DNA from: an uncultured delta proteobacterium
GTDB lineage: Bacteria; Desulfobacterota; WTBG01
Assembly: GCA_963751515.1 (NCBI GenBank)
Contig: CAVVUR010000002.1
Coordinates: 69,888 to 133,887 of the forward strand
Length of the DNA stretch: 64,000 nt
Direction of reading: 5' to 3'
Part shown: piece after piece, positions 26,898-35,974 of the stretch
How the letters are laid out: each line of letters begins with the position of its first letter
How positions within the stretch are numbered: the first letter of the stretch is position 1
The notes under the pieces: generated by a model
Seen by the model: only the letters and a program-made list of their open reading frames with translations
What the model was told of the DNA's origin: nothing
The model's database searches: none
Made by a program: the position numbers and the translations under genes

Positions 26898-27980
26898 TCA
26901 TTCCACCAGAAAATGCGTCTGTCGTGCGCAGTCTTCCATGTGGGCCATGATATCACCCGTAGCGGCGCGGTACATCTCCAGCGCGTCACCCCCCTCACGG
27001 AAAGCCCGTGCTATTGCCGTGCCGCACCGGTAGCCTGAATCCATGGCAGCGCTGATGCCCTCATCGTTGAGGTATATAAACCCGCCTGCCTGGCCGGTCA
27101 GCAGCACCCTGCCGCGGCCCAAGTCCGGGGGCCACATCTTTATGATGCACCCCTCCACACGCTCGTGCTGCGCGAGCAACACCCTGAAGTTTGCCCGGAG
27201 AAACTCCTTGAAGGTTTCCATGCCTGAGCGCACGGTACGGCCGTTAAAGGATCCGACGCACAGCACGAGGCAGTCATTCTTGCGGTGGACGCAGGAGAGC
27301 ATTTCCCCGACGCTTTTTTCAAAAAAAACATGCCAGCATCCCTCGCGCAGGGTTCCCATATCCGTAGCCGGGCAATACTCCTGATAGATGACAACTGCGG
27401 GCGTTGCGGCCCAAACGTCCGGCGTCAGCGCCCTGCGCACTGACGAGGCGCTGCCATCCGCTCCGACCAGGTAATCACATTGTATTGTACGGCTCGGGTC
27501 ACCCTTCCCGCCGGGTTCCAGTATCTCGGGATCACGCAGAAAAATGTCGACCCTGACCTGCTCCCCTTCAGCCGCACATCCCCGAAACAGGCAGTTTTCC
27601 CTGATTGCCGCTCCGCATTGTTTTACCAGCCAGTGGTCAAACTTGTCGCGATGGACATTATAATAAGTTTGGGGGAACACGTGGCCGTTTTTGGGTATCT
27701 CCCAGAAATACTGGGTAAAGTCCTGCCCGCCTTTCCACTCTATAATCTGCGAGGCCTGGATGGTCTTTGGCGCGCAGTAGATTTCCTCCGGTGGCAGCGA
27801 GCCGAAGAGCTTAGGCAGCAGTTCCTGGGTCTGTCCGAACAGAACGCCCGAACATGTTTTATGCCGCGGCAGCGACTCTACGTCGACAATCAGCGCCTCA
27901 ACCCCCGCGTCATGCAAGGCCCTGGCGCACGACGCGCCGGCAGGGCCGGCGCCGACAATGACAACCTGGTATTTTTCCAC
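26898..27980 (-). CDS. FAD-dependent oxidoreductase (geranylgeranyl-reductase-like paralogue)
   Basis: GTG start at 27980 after AAGGAG; VVIVGAGPAGASCA Rossmann motif. Confidence 0.65.
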   Translation of the reverse strand: MEKYQVVIVGAGPAGASCARALHDAGVEALIVDVESLPRHKTCSGVLFGQTQELLPKLFGSLPPEEIYCAPKTIQASQIIEWKGGQDFTQYFWEIPKNGHVFPQTYYNVHRDKFDHWLVKQCGAAIRENCLFRGCAAEGEQVRVDIFLRDPEILEPGGKGDPSRTIQCDYLVGADGSASSVRRALTPDVWAATPAVVIYQEYCPATDMGTLREGCWHVFFEKSVGEMLSCVHRKNDCLVLCVGSFNGRTVRSGMETFKEFLRANFRVLLAQHERVEGCIIKMWPPDLGRGRVLLTGQAGGFIYLNDEGISAAMDSGYRCGTAIARAFREGGDALEMYRAATGDIMAHMEDCARQTHFLVE

Positions 27981-28240
27981 AGAGACTCCTTTATGTGCAA
28001 TGTAAATCCAATCATATAGTGGTTTTTCCCTGCCTGCAAGTTTTTTTGGCACTCCCATGAATGGTCGGGAGTATTTCCCATAATGCAGGCCGTCCCGGCA
28101 TATAAAGTATTGACTCACCCGCGTCGTTTTCATATAGTGACTGCCTGTAATGAAGCAACAGTTCCGACGGCAGGCCACACAGCACTTCCGTCAGCACGTG
28201 AACGAGCATGGTTTTTATCCGCACATGAAAGGAGAATCGT

Positions 28241-28690
28241 ATGATGAAAATACTTGTCATTTACCACAGTCAGCAGAGCGGCAACACTGGGGGTTGGCGG
28301 AGGCCCTGGCTGACGGCGCCCGCACCGCCGGGGCTGAGGTTATGATCATTAATACCAATGAGCGCCGGGTGACACTTGATGATGTGCTGGGCGCTGACGC
28401 GGTTGCCATAGGCTCACCCGATTATTACGGCTATGTGGCGGGCACCATCAAGACATTTTTCGATGACATGTATATATGGGACAAAAGAAGGGAAGGCGGT
28501 AACCGGAAAACCAGCCGCCCTTTTTTATTCGCATGGCGGCGGCGGTACGGTCAGGCAGAGCCTGGAGAAATTTGGCAATCGATTCTTTAAGCAGGTGGGC
28601 GAAACCTTGGAGCGAAAGCCTTCCGATGCAGGTGAAGCGGCGGAAAAGTGCCGTGCCCTCGGCAAGGAGCTTGCTGGGAAAGCGGGTTAA
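28241..28690 (+). pseudogene. Flavodoxin-like / NADPH-dependent FMN reductase-like protein with 2 frameshifts
   Basis: MMKILVIYHSQQSGNT after AAAGGAGA, then LAEALADGARTAGAEV..IGSPDYYG.., then ALFYSHGGGG.. in different frames. Confidence 0.6.
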
Positions 28691-28839
28691 AATGGGCAAC
28701 CACCTATTGTGTTTCATGCGCTATTAAGAACAAATAAATTTTTAATATTTTACTTGACAATATTTGGATATTTTTGTTACGCTACAATATACGTTTATAG
28801 TTGTTAAAAAATTAAATAATTTAATTATGGAGAGGATTT

Positions 28840-31619
28840 ATGAGAAAGCTATCAATGATTTTGTCGGTTTTGTGTATTTCATTCCTGATTGCCTTTCCGG
28901 CCTTTCCGCTATCCTATCAGATTGATGTGGGACAGGATGGAATTGATACCGGCGGAGAGGTAGTCCTTTCTGGCCAAACAAACGTGAATATTGACCTTAT
29001 AGTCGATGACTATGACTGTCCGCCTGATGACAAACTCTTCGGCGTGCAGTCATATCTTTACATTGATGAGTCGATTGTCAAGGTAAACAGCTGCACACCG
29101 CGCACAGACCGCGGGTGTGATCTTTCGCTGAGCGGATGCACGCCTGCAGGAACCCAATGTGTACAGCGTGATCTGTAGTAACTTTCGTTTTATAACTGTT
29201 TCCCGGCGGCAGCCTGACTTTTGCCACTTTTAATGTTACGGTATTGGACAGGAACGACCGTAATGAGATTGGAGAATGACATTAGTGATCTTGATCCGGG
29301 TTATGGATCCTATGGTGATGGATATGTAGCCGACTGTACCCTGACAGGTCAAGTATTTCCTGCCGATGCAAGTCTCACGATTAATCCTTCACAAGCGGTC
29401 TGCGGCAACGGAAATCCCAGCCAGGAGAGCAGTGTGATGACGGCAATACCGTCGGTGGAGACTGCTGCAGCGCCACCTGTCAGTTCGAAGGGGCAGGCAA
29501 CCCATGCGGAGACGGCAATACCTGCAATGGCGCAGAAACCTGTAACGGTACCGGCATCTGCCAGGCCGGCGCGCCGATTAACTGCAATGACTCCAACGTC
29601 TGCACCACGGACACCTGTAATCCAGCATCCGGCTGTGTGAATACCCCGATCAGCTGCGATGACGCCAGTCTCTGCACCACGGATACTTGTAATCCAGCAT
29701 CCGGCTGCGTGAATACCCCGATCAGCTGCGATGACGCCAGTCTCTGCACCACGGACACCTGTAATCCAGCATCCGGCTGTGTGAATACCCCGATCAGCTG
29801 CGATGACGCCAGTCTCTGCACAACGGATACTTGTAATCCAGCATCCGGCTGTGTGAATACCGTCATCAGCTGCGATGACTCCAACCCCAACACCACGGAC
29901 ACTTGCGACCCGGCTACCGGCGAGTGCATCCACACTCCCCCGGGTTGCACAAATCCCTGTAGCGATAATAATGCATGTACAGAGAACGACGCGTGTGTCG
30001 GTGACGTATGCACAGGCGCTCCGGTCAATTGTGACGACGCCAGTCTCTGCACCACGGACACCTGTAATCCAGCATCCGGCTGTGTGAATACCCCGATCAG
30101 CTGCGATGACGCCAGTCTCTGCACCACGGACACCTGTAATCCAGCATCCGGCTGCGTGAATACCCCGATCAGCTGCGATGACGCCAGTCTCTGCACCACG
30201 GACACCTGTAATCCAGCATCCGGCTGTGTGAATACCCCGATCAGCTGCGATGACGCCAGTCTCTGCACCACGGATACTTGTAATCCAGCATCCGGCTGCG
30301 TGAATACCGTCATCAGCTGCGATGACTCCAACCCCAACACCACGGACACCTGCGACCCGGCTACCGGCGAGTGCATCCACACTCCTCCCCCGGGCTGTAC
30401 AGATCCCTGTAGTGATAATAATGCATGTACAGAGAACGACGTGTGTGTCGGTGACGTATGCACAGGCGCTCCGGTCAATTGTGACGACGCCAGTCTCTGC
30501 ACCACGGACACCTGTAATCCAGCATCCGGCTGTGTGAATACCCCGATCAGCTGCGATGACGCCAGTCTCTGCACCACGGACACCTGTAATCCAGCATCCG
30601 GCTGCGTGAATACCCCGATCAGCTGCGACGACGCCAATCCCTGCTCTACGGACACCTGCAACCCGGCTACCGGTTGCATGAATACACCAATCAATTGCGA
30701 CGACGGCGACCCCAATACCACGGATACCTGCGATCCGGCTACCGGTGAGTGCATCCACACCCCCCCGGGTTGCATAAATCCCTGTAGCGATAATAATGCG
30801 TGTACAGAGAACGACGTTTGTGTGGGTGACGTATGCACAGGAACTCCAGTCAATTGCAATGACTCCAACCTTTGCACCACGGATACATGCAACCCCGTAA
30901 CCGGCTGCGTGTATACCCCGATCAGTTGTGATGACGGAGTAAGCTGCACCGACGATACCTGCAACCCGGCTACCGGCTGTTCGAACACCCCCAATAACGC
31001 CAATTGCCAGGATGACGGTCTCTATTGCAACGGTGATGAGGTTTGCGACCCGATTAATGATTGTTTTTCAACCGGCAATCCCTGTCCGGATGGTTCCGTT
31101 TGCGATGAGATAAACGATGAATGCGATCCGGAAGCAGGCTTAACCGTTAAGGTTGATATCAAACCCGGGTCCTGTCCGAATCCGCTCAACCTAAAGAGTC
31201 GAGGCGTTGTATCGATTGCTATACTCGGGTCAATGGATTTTAAGGTGAATGATATCGATCCCATGACCGTTATGATAGGCAGAGCAAGCGTTCCAGGGAA
31301 GGTAGCTCCCATTCGCTACAGCTATGAAGATGTTGCCACGCCTTATGAAGGTGAACTCTGCGGATGTAATCGTTGCTCTGGCGATGGGTACAAGGACCTG
31401 GTTCTTAAATTCGAAATCGAGAAACTGGTTGATACCTTAATGCTTGGAGAGGCGGCCGGGCAAACAGTCCCGCTCATCATAACCGGCAATCTTAAGGAAA
31501 GAAAGGGTGGCACAGCATTCTCGGGCCAGGACTGCATGAAAATCCTTAAGAATACTTTAAAATTAAAAGATTTGATTGACCAGTTCAAGAAAGAGAAGGA
31601 TAACCGCGGCAAGAAGTAG
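28840..31619 (+). pseudogene. Secreted Cys-rich repeat protein (N-terminal beta-sandwich-like 'YxCxPxDxLFG' domain, CGNG..GEQCDDGN unit, ~15 CDDxxxCTxDxCNPxxGC repeats), at least 3 frameshifts near the 5' end
   Basis: ORFs 28840-29178, 29221-29640 and 29637-31619 align consecutively to the paralogues at 31911 and 43579. Signal peptide MRKLSMILSVLCISFLIAFPAF. Frameshifts at ~29150, ~29200-29250 and ~29415. Confidence 0.6.
29581..30960. repeat. Nested tandem repeats: 72-bp (24-aa) units organised in a 447-bp higher-order repeat
   Basis: The unit TGCGATGACGCCAGTCTCTGCACCACGGACACCTGTAATCCAGCATCCGGCTGTGTGAATACCCCGATCAGC recurs near-identically. Blocks start at 29581, 30028 and 30475 (period 447). 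Confidence 0.9.
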
Positions 31620-31910
31620 GGATATGCATGAGTAAGTGAAAAGCAAGTTTAAGAAGTTCAGCATCGGGGCTGATAGCAGAAGCTAGCAGCCCTTAGTTTA
31701 TTAATACAACCTGAACAAATAGACTTATCGCCTGCATAGAGGGCTGAAGCTGAATTTAATATGGAATTCACAGTTATCGAACAAGCCCTTTTTTGTTTGT
31801 TCAATTGATAAAATTACTTGCACAAATTGCTCATTTGAGATAAAAGCACATTGTTGAAAACAGGCTATGTCTTTATAAGTTTAATTTTAAAACTTTGAAA
31901 AGGAGGAAGT

Positions 31911-34900
31911 ATGAAAAAGCTATCATTGATTTTATCGGTTCTGTTAATCTCAACCCTCTTTGCCATTCCAGCCTTTCCGTTATCTTATGAAATTGATGTC
32001 GGCCAGAATGGGACCTTTGAAACAACTGGTGGCAATAATGATGGGACCATCGATCTTAATGTTAATGATTCTGTAACCATGGACATTTATGTGGACGGAT
32101 ATTCCTGTGCGCCAAATGATCAGCTGTTTGGAGTACAAGCATACATGTTTGTAGATGAATCACAGGTTTCGGTTAGCGGTTTCCCTTTTAGTGTCGCAAA
32201 TGGCGGGCCTTTTGATAATGGTTTGAGTGGATTTATACAGCAAGAAGCAAATGTGTATCTTTTGTCCGCCTCCAACTTTACTTTCGTAACTGTCACCGGT
32301 GGGAAACAAAAATTTGCCACGATGACTTTATCATGTATTTCAAGCGGTACGTTTACTCTGGCTATAGCAAATGACCTTACCTCTTATGGGTACTCATCGT
32401 ATTCCGACGGATTCGTTGCGGATTGTGGCTTAGTCTATTTGTTTCCCACTACTGCGTTATTTACAATTAATCAGAACCAGCCGACCGTCTTTCCGGAAGT
32501 CGCAACCACCTGTCCGGTAGTGGCAACGACCTGCCCGGCAGTAGCGACGACCTGCCCAGAAGCGGCAACCAGCTGTCCGGCAGATCCGACGAACTGTCCG
32601 ATTGCAGCCACCAGCTGTCCGGCAGATGCGACCTTCTGTCCTGAAATACCAACGGTATGTCCTGAAGGAGTGACTACCTGCCCAGAAATACCAACGACCT
32701 GTCCCACAGGTGCGACTTTCTGCCCAGAAAATCCAACCTTCTGCCCAGAAAATCCAACCTTCTGCCCTGAAATAGCAACCGTCTGTCCTGAATCAGTAAC
32801 CGCTTGTCCAATAGTGGCGACGGTTTGTCCTGAAGGCGTGACCCTCTGTCCTGCAAATCCAACCTTCTGCCCTGAAGGTGTAACTACCTGCCCCGAAATA
32901 CCAACTGCCTGTCCTGCAGTTGCAACCGTCTGTCCTGAATCAGTAACCAATTGTCCGGTGCAGGCAACCACTTGTCCGATAGAGGCAACTGTTTGTCCCG
33001 CAGGTGCGACCTTCTGTCCCGAAATACCAACTGTATGCCCCGAGGCGGCAACGATCTGCCCAGAAATATCAACGACCTGTCCCACAGGTGCGACTTTCTG
33101 CCCTGAAAATCCGACCTTCTGTCCTGAAATACCAACAACATGCCCTGAGACAGCAACTGTCTGTCCCGTAGAGGCAACGGTGTGTCCGGAGGAAGCAACG
33201 GTTTGTCCGGTAGAGGCAACAGTGTGCCCGGAGGAAGCAACTGTCTGTCCTATAGAGACAACAGTTTGTCCAGTAGGCGCGACCTTCTGCCCTGTAACTG
33301 AAACTGCCTGTCCTGAAACGGAAACGGTGTGCCCCGCCGCTGATTGTCCGTTAGCTTATAAGTTCGATTTTGATGGTGACAGGTACTGGGATACAGAATG
33401 GGAATTAACTCCTCCTGACCCACCTGCTGCCGGCGAGACAGTTCAAGTTGACATCTGGCTGAATGGATATGTGTGTCCGCCGAGTGACGATCTTTTTGGC
33501 ATACAGTTATACTTTTTGTATGATCCAAATGCCATGCAGGTGATCCAGGCCTATCCTAATAATAGCGATCACGGAGGACCTTTCGATCCGAGCCTAAGTG
33601 GATTTCTACCGCAGGCGCCCGGAATATATCAATTGATTGCCGCAAGTTTCGATTTTGTCTCAGTGATTGGTAACAGGATTTTAGTGGGAACGATTGAACT
33701 GCAGTGTACAGAGGCCGGCAGTAACATTGCGATTGTGGCTGCAGACGACCTGGGATTTGATCCATATAGAGATGGATTTGTTGCAGACTGCGAATCTGTT
33801 TCGCAATTTCCCATCGAAGCTATTGCAACAATATACCAACTGTGCAACTCAGATGCAGACTGCGATGACAGTAACCAGTGCACCACGGAATATTGCGACA
33901 CAGAAACAGACAGATGTGTTTATACTGTATTGGAAAATGACACACCCTGTGATGACGGTGTGTCCTGCAATGACCCTGATATTTGTGTTGACGGACAATG
34001 CGTGTTTCAGGGTGACCCCTGCTGCGAGATTGCCATCGACCCCAAAACTGCCGAAGCGTATTACGGCGAGACCATCCAATTTACGGTCTCTGAGAAAGGA
34101 GACTGCAACCCGACGCCTTGTTACACCTGGGAAGTGCTGGCCTCGGGCGGCACGGGGAACACCACAGAGAGATACAGCTGGGCGGCTGCGGCTGAGGCAG
34201 GCACAGGCAACACGGCGGGCGGTGGTGTGATAGACGAGAATGGCCTCTATACTGCCGGAGATTCTGTAGGTACCGACATCGTTAGGGTAACCGACAACTG
34301 CAGCACTGGCGCACCCTACGATGAGGCGGAAGTGACTGTTACCGGACCGCCTCCAACAACTACAACAACAAGCGTAAGACCGACAACCACCACTACGAGT
34401 ATAGAAACAGAATGTGATGAGGATATAGACTGTACTGATGAATTGTACTGCAACGGCGCCGAGACATGTGTAGGTGGAATTTGCCAGGACGGGACGCCGG
34501 TTGCCTGCACTGATGACGGACAATTCTGCAATGGCACGGAGAGCTGCAGCGAGCAGGCTGATGCGTGTGTCAGTTCCGGCAATCCCTGCGGGACCACACA
34601 ATCCTGCAATGAGACAACCGATGCATGCGAGCAGCTTGCCCGGATTGACGCGCTTTTGCCTCCTTCCTGGTATCAGTCAAGGTGGATACCCTTGATCAGG
34701 CCGCTGCGCATTGTCGGATCAGGCACCAGTTTTCAGGCTCGTGAATCAAAAGTTACCTTTGAGCCGAACATTGCCGTATTTCCGTTCTTTTCGAGAGTCG
34801 TGGATGAAGAAAATATCCTCATCTGGACCTATATCATGCCGCAGTGGCTGACCAGGCCGCTCGAGGGACCTGTACAGGTGACAGTCACTACCGGTTCTGA

Positions 34901-34973
34901 AGTAGTATCTGCCGACTGGGATATCAATTTGCTCCCCTTCCCACTTGATCAAGAAGGGGCGGATCTGGAGTAA
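31911..34973 (+). CDS. Secreted modular Cys-rich protein: two 'YxCxPxDxLFG' beta-sandwich-like domains, 40 PxxxTxC heptads, Cys-rich DG..C.. repeats, Ig-like region, Thr-rich linker
   Basis: 1020 aa; AAGGAGG RBS; signal peptide MKKLSLILSVLLISTLFAIPAF; paralogous to the N-termini of 28840 and 43579. Confidence 0.6.
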   Translation: MKKLSLILSVLLISTLFAIPAFPLSYEIDVGQNGTFETTGGNNDGTIDLNVNDSVTMDIYVDGYSCAPNDQLFGVQAYMFVDESQVSVSGFPFSVANGGPFDNGLSGFIQQEANVYLLSASNFTFVTVTGGKQKFATMTLSCISSGTFTLAIANDLTSYGYSSYSDGFVADCGLVYLFPTTALFTINQNQPTVFPEVATTCPVVATTCPAVATTCPEAATSCPADPTNCPIAATSCPADATFCPEIPTVCPEGVTTCPEIPTTCPTGATFCPENPTFCPENPTFCPEIATVCPESVTACPIVATVCPEGVTLCPANPTFCPEGVTTCPEIPTACPAVATVCPESVTNCPVQATTCPIEATVCPAGATFCPEIPTVCPEAATICPEISTTCPTGATFCPENPTFCPEIPTTCPETATVCPVEATVCPEEATVCPVEATVCPEEATVCPIETTVCPVGATFCPVTETACPETETVCPAADCPLAYKFDFDGDRYWDTEWELTPPDPPAAGETVQVDIWLNGYVCPPSDDLFGIQLYFLYDPNAMQVIQAYPNNSDHGGPFDPSLSGFLPQAPGIYQLIAASFDFVSVIGNRILVGTIELQCTEAGSNIAIVAADDLGFDPYRDGFVADCESVSQFPIEAIATIYQLCNSDADCDDSNQCTTEYCDTETDRCVYTVLENDTPCDDGVSCNDPDICVDGQCVFQGDPCCEIAIDPKTAEAYYGETIQFTVSEKGDCNPTPCYTWEVLASGGTGNTTERYSWAAAAEAGTGNTAGGGVIDENGLYTAGDSVGTDIVRVTDNCSTGAPYDEAEVTVTGPPPTTTTTSVRPTTTTTSIETECDEDIDCTDELYCNGAETCVGGICQDGTPVACTDDGQFCNGTESCSEQADACVSSGNPCGTTQSCNETTDACEQLARIDALLPPSWYQSRWIPLIRPLRIVGSGTSFQARESKVTFEPNIAVFPFFSRVVDEENILIWTYIMPQWLTRPLEGPVQVTVTTGSEVVSADWDINLLPFPLDQEGADLE
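32493..33332. repeat. 40 uninterrupted 21-bp (heptad) coding repeats, consensus P-[EV]-x-[AP]-T-x-C
   Basis: Counted in the translation from PEVATTC, PVVATTC ... to PETETVC; the register never slips. Confidence 0.9.
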
Positions 34974-35030
34974 GGATGAATTGTTTGTCAGACTGCGGAG
35001 CTTGAACAGTAATTAAGGGAAGCAGAAATC

Positions 35031-35082
35031 AAAACCACGAAGATGTGTGATTGAGAGCAAACACATCTTCGTGGTTTTTTTA
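35031..35082 (+). terminator. Rho-independent terminator after the 31911-34973 gene
   Basis: Perfect 18-bp stem AAAACCACGAAGATGTGT / ACACATCTTCGTGGTTTT, 12-nt loop, then a T-run. Confidence 0.85.
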
Positions 35083-35278
35083 TTGTTGAGCAAAGGCGGG
35101 GCATCCTTAACTTTTTTGAGCAGCAGCAGGTAGCGTTTGTTGAGAACACAAAAGGGATAATACGATTCAGGGTACTGAGGTGATAGATGGGGATAAGAAG
35201 CATCTGCGTGAGGGAGGGGAAGAGAAGGGGCTCTATTCAAGTCCGCATGTGAATAAGGCAAAAAACGTACTGACTGGC

Positions 35279-35311
35279 TTGAATTTACTGGTCGGGGCGA
35301 GAGGATTCGAA
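35279..35311. repeat. 33-bp direct duplicate of the tRNA-Pro 3' end plus 10 bp of downstream flank
   Basis: TTGAATTTACTGGTCGGGGCGAGAGGATTCGAA is identical at 35279-35311 and 35619-35651. Confidence 0.9.
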
Positions 35312-35348
35312 TGCGCCCGAGGCGCACAAGCCTCTTCAGAGGATTGCT

Positions 35349-35609
35349 TTATCCGCCTCTGGCGGACTCCGACATAAGCTCCCAACTATCAAGCCATTTG
35401 CGGCCTTGGCCGGATTTTAAGAATCTTTCTCTTGTGCGGGCGGTAGCGTAGTCTGGAAACTCTTCAGTAAAGAGCAAAACAAAACTGTCTAAAATCTGAC
35501 CACCTTTGGATTTTTTAACACGGTGTTCATTCATGCGTCGCGGTAAATCATTGGTTATACCTACATATCGCTTACTGTTTTTCCCCTTCAAAACGTATAA
35601 GGTGACCAT
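35349..35609 (-). CDS. Small GIY-YIG nuclease-family protein
   Basis: 86 aa: LYVLKGKNSKRYVGITNDLPRRMNEH; lies between the two 33-bp direct repeats. Confidence 0.75.
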   Translation of the reverse strand: MVTLYVLKGKNSKRYVGITNDLPRRMNEHRVKKSKGGQILDSFVLLFTEEFPDYATARTRERFLKSGQGRKWLDSWELMSESARGG

Positions 35610-35628
35610 GAATTCTTGTTGAATTTAC

Positions 35629-35706
<78 letters not shown>

Positions 35707-35974
35707 ACGTTGATTACACCGACGCTTTCTGACATGAGGCTTCGGCCGCAATGCGATGGGATAGCATATTGGTGACTGCCCCCAAACACATGAGATCGCA
35801 TCGTGCTTTCTAATACTTTTCAGTGTTTCTGTCAAGTAGTCATTGACAGCCGCCTCTTTCTCCTCTTCACATAAAAACAGAAAACCAATAAAATGGATTG
35901 ATTTAGAACAGGGTATTTTGTTTAATGAAAGTCCTCTGGATGATTATTCCATTTTTTATGGCAGGCGCCCACCT

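Noticed and set aside
28753-28800. TTGACA ... TACAAT as a promoter for the 28840 gene
   Set aside because: The spacing between the hexamers is 23 nt by my count, too long for a sigma70 promoter, and no better -10 lies at 16-18 nt.
29581-30960. Regular 72-bp repeats considered as a possible CRISPR array
   Set aside because: There are no unique spacers, the repeats abut each other, they are in frame and coding (24-aa Cys-rich units), and no cas genes are nearby.
29349-31003. Two long minus-strand ORFs (469 and 507 aa) across the 72-bp repeat array
   Set aside because: They exist only because the tandem repeat lacks stops in several frames. The plus-strand frame gives the coherent Cys-rich domain series and joins to a signal peptide upstream.
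32471-33240. Minus-strand ORFs with GQ(V/K)V.. repeats antisense to the heptad array
   Set aside because: These are mirror images of the 21-bp coding repeat. The plus-strand frame is continuous with the flanking domains of the 1020-aa protein.
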